A stretch of DNA of 63,625 nt, the filler included, from Choristocarpus tenellus KU-1152 (lineage: Eukaryota; Protista; Phaeophyceae), in NCBI GenBank assembly GCA_964200185.2. It is 14 parts of 14 records of this genome, joined end to end, with 100 filler letters (N's around TTAATTAATTAA, not from the genome) between each part and the next. Parts side by side here need not be neighbours in the genome. Positions count along the whole stretch, not along the records: positions 61,011 to 63,625 come from CAXNAD020026254.1; 13 more parts are not named here. One strand, 5' to 3'. The notes beneath the pieces are model-generated. The model was not told where the DNA came from and did not search any database. It was given only the letters and a program-made list of their open reading frames with translations. This document shows positions 62,219 through 63,625 of the stretch, one piece after another (within the stretch, counting starts at the first letter, position 1; every line of letters starts with the position of its first letter). The translations under genes were made by a program, and so were the position numbers.

Positions 62219-63625
62219 CTTCGAGACACACCATTGGTCAAAGAGGTTACGAGATGTATGACAAGAGAGGAGGAGGAGGAGGAGGAGGAGGAGGAGGAGG
62301 AGGGATGACGAAGCGAGAAGGAGAGGCACTGAGAGGGATAAAAGCACAGCCAACAAATGAATAGGGACAGCTTGTTAGGGGAGGTTGAGGACACCACTGC
62401 TCATGGCACAGGGGAACAAGGCACAACACGGGGTGTACGCTTGCATGAAAAAAAAAAAATGAACGCCTACAGTGGTGAATTTTCCCAAGAGAATTGTGTT
62501 CACAAAGAGAGGCAAGACGTTACAAGCCTCTCTTGCGAGTAAGATGGACAACTTTCACTCATCGCTCCTCCGCATCAATACTAGTACACATGTTTTGACT
62601 CCTGGGTCAAAACATGTACGATATAGAATACACCCACCAGGATGACAATTTTGATGACAATTGTGTAATTGTTAGCGGTAAGTTCCCCTTTCTAAAGTGG
62701 GCCCTTCCATCCTCATTTCTGTAGATAGTTGATTGACTGGGAGGACAGGCCCTGTGGACAGCATGAACGAGCTTTCCTTCACTGCCCAACATACTAACAT
62801 GATAATCGACAACACCATGTCAAACTCCCGGTACTGAGGTACAAAGGAGAATCTCAGACATACTAACATGATAATCCTCCACCTCTGGTTTTAAACTAGA
62901 GGTATTTCAGCAGTTCCATCCTTGATATCTTAGCAAAAAGTGAACGAACTTCAAATCATGTTTCAAGAGTCACCCCCCCCCCCTATCACTAGAACATTTC
63001 AAGAGTATGACTGGCGGTTGGGCCTCAGCCAGGGGGTTTATTACCTGAGGTTCAGTTCTGCAGCCACAGGCAAGAAAAAAAGAAGTTAAAGCACATTGAA
63101 CTACTACATTTGTTGAAGGGTTAGGGAAATTAAAAGCACTGCGAATACACACAGTAATGGGTTGAGTATCGGTTATACGGTTATCAAACCCCAACACCTA
63201 TGTAGCATAAATAATAAACAACTGCAGTGATACAAGCAAGCTGCACTCAAAACGCAATCGCAACACACAGTTGGGAGCTGAGCTCTTTGAGCATGTCAGC
63301 CAATCAGATACGATACACACACACACCCTAAACAAAGGACAGTTACACTCCGTTCACACATCAACACAGACAAACCTACAAGCAAACCTTCCGCCACAGT
63401 CACATCAGTACATGGAGTACAACACAAATAATCCAACTAATAACTACTTCCCTCACCTCGTGCGTTCCATGAGCTCTGCAATAACACCCCCCTCCCTCCC
63501 CCCTCCCTTCCCACCATTCTGCCGAACACTCTCCGGCACCCGTCCCCCCATCCCGCCCCCTGGTCCTCCAATTGTCCCTTCCACTTCCCTTTGAGCACCA
63601 TCCTCACCACCCCAGCCCACGTACC

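Noticed and set aside
1-63625. A functional gene cluster spanning PUF, START, DNAL4, CHD, MAT1 and VPS15
   Set aside because: The genes lie on separate concatenated contigs; only the CobW-like gene and MAT1 are physically linked.

Overview
This window is not one locus. It is 14 short eukaryotic contigs (2.6-10 kb) joined by artificial 100-bp spacers (44 N + TTAATTAATTAA + 44 N), so adjacency across spacers means nothing. Intron-rich genes, TTAGGG repeats, a flagellar dynein light chain and the repeat content suggest a flagellate stramenopile, probably a brown alga or relative (inference). I spliced these genes by hand: Pumilio/PUF (4 exons), the 3' end of a D-2-hydroxyacid dehydrogenase, a protein with two tandem NTF2/DUF4864-like domains, a START-domain protein, a complete DNAL4, a CHD-type SNF2 helicase fragment, an aberrant COG0523/CobW (ZNG1) GTPase head-to-head with MAT1/Tfb3, and a Vps15 fragment. 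Most of the rest is transposon debris: a dense group of MITEs with CAAAGTATCT termini and 4-bp TSDs, two copies of a decayed transposase-like element, two DD39D/Stowaway-type mariner derivatives, two decayed copia elements, a Penelope RT fragment and 5'-truncated non-LTR 3' ends. The most notable observations are: (1) the MITE system and its candidate autonomous partner; (2) a CobW paralogue whose GCxCC and NKxD motifs are damaged or missing while the frame can be kept; (3) a MAT1 with a RING-H2 ligand pattern; (4) telomere-like repeats replacing part of a transposase copy. No novel system is demonstrated from sequence alone.
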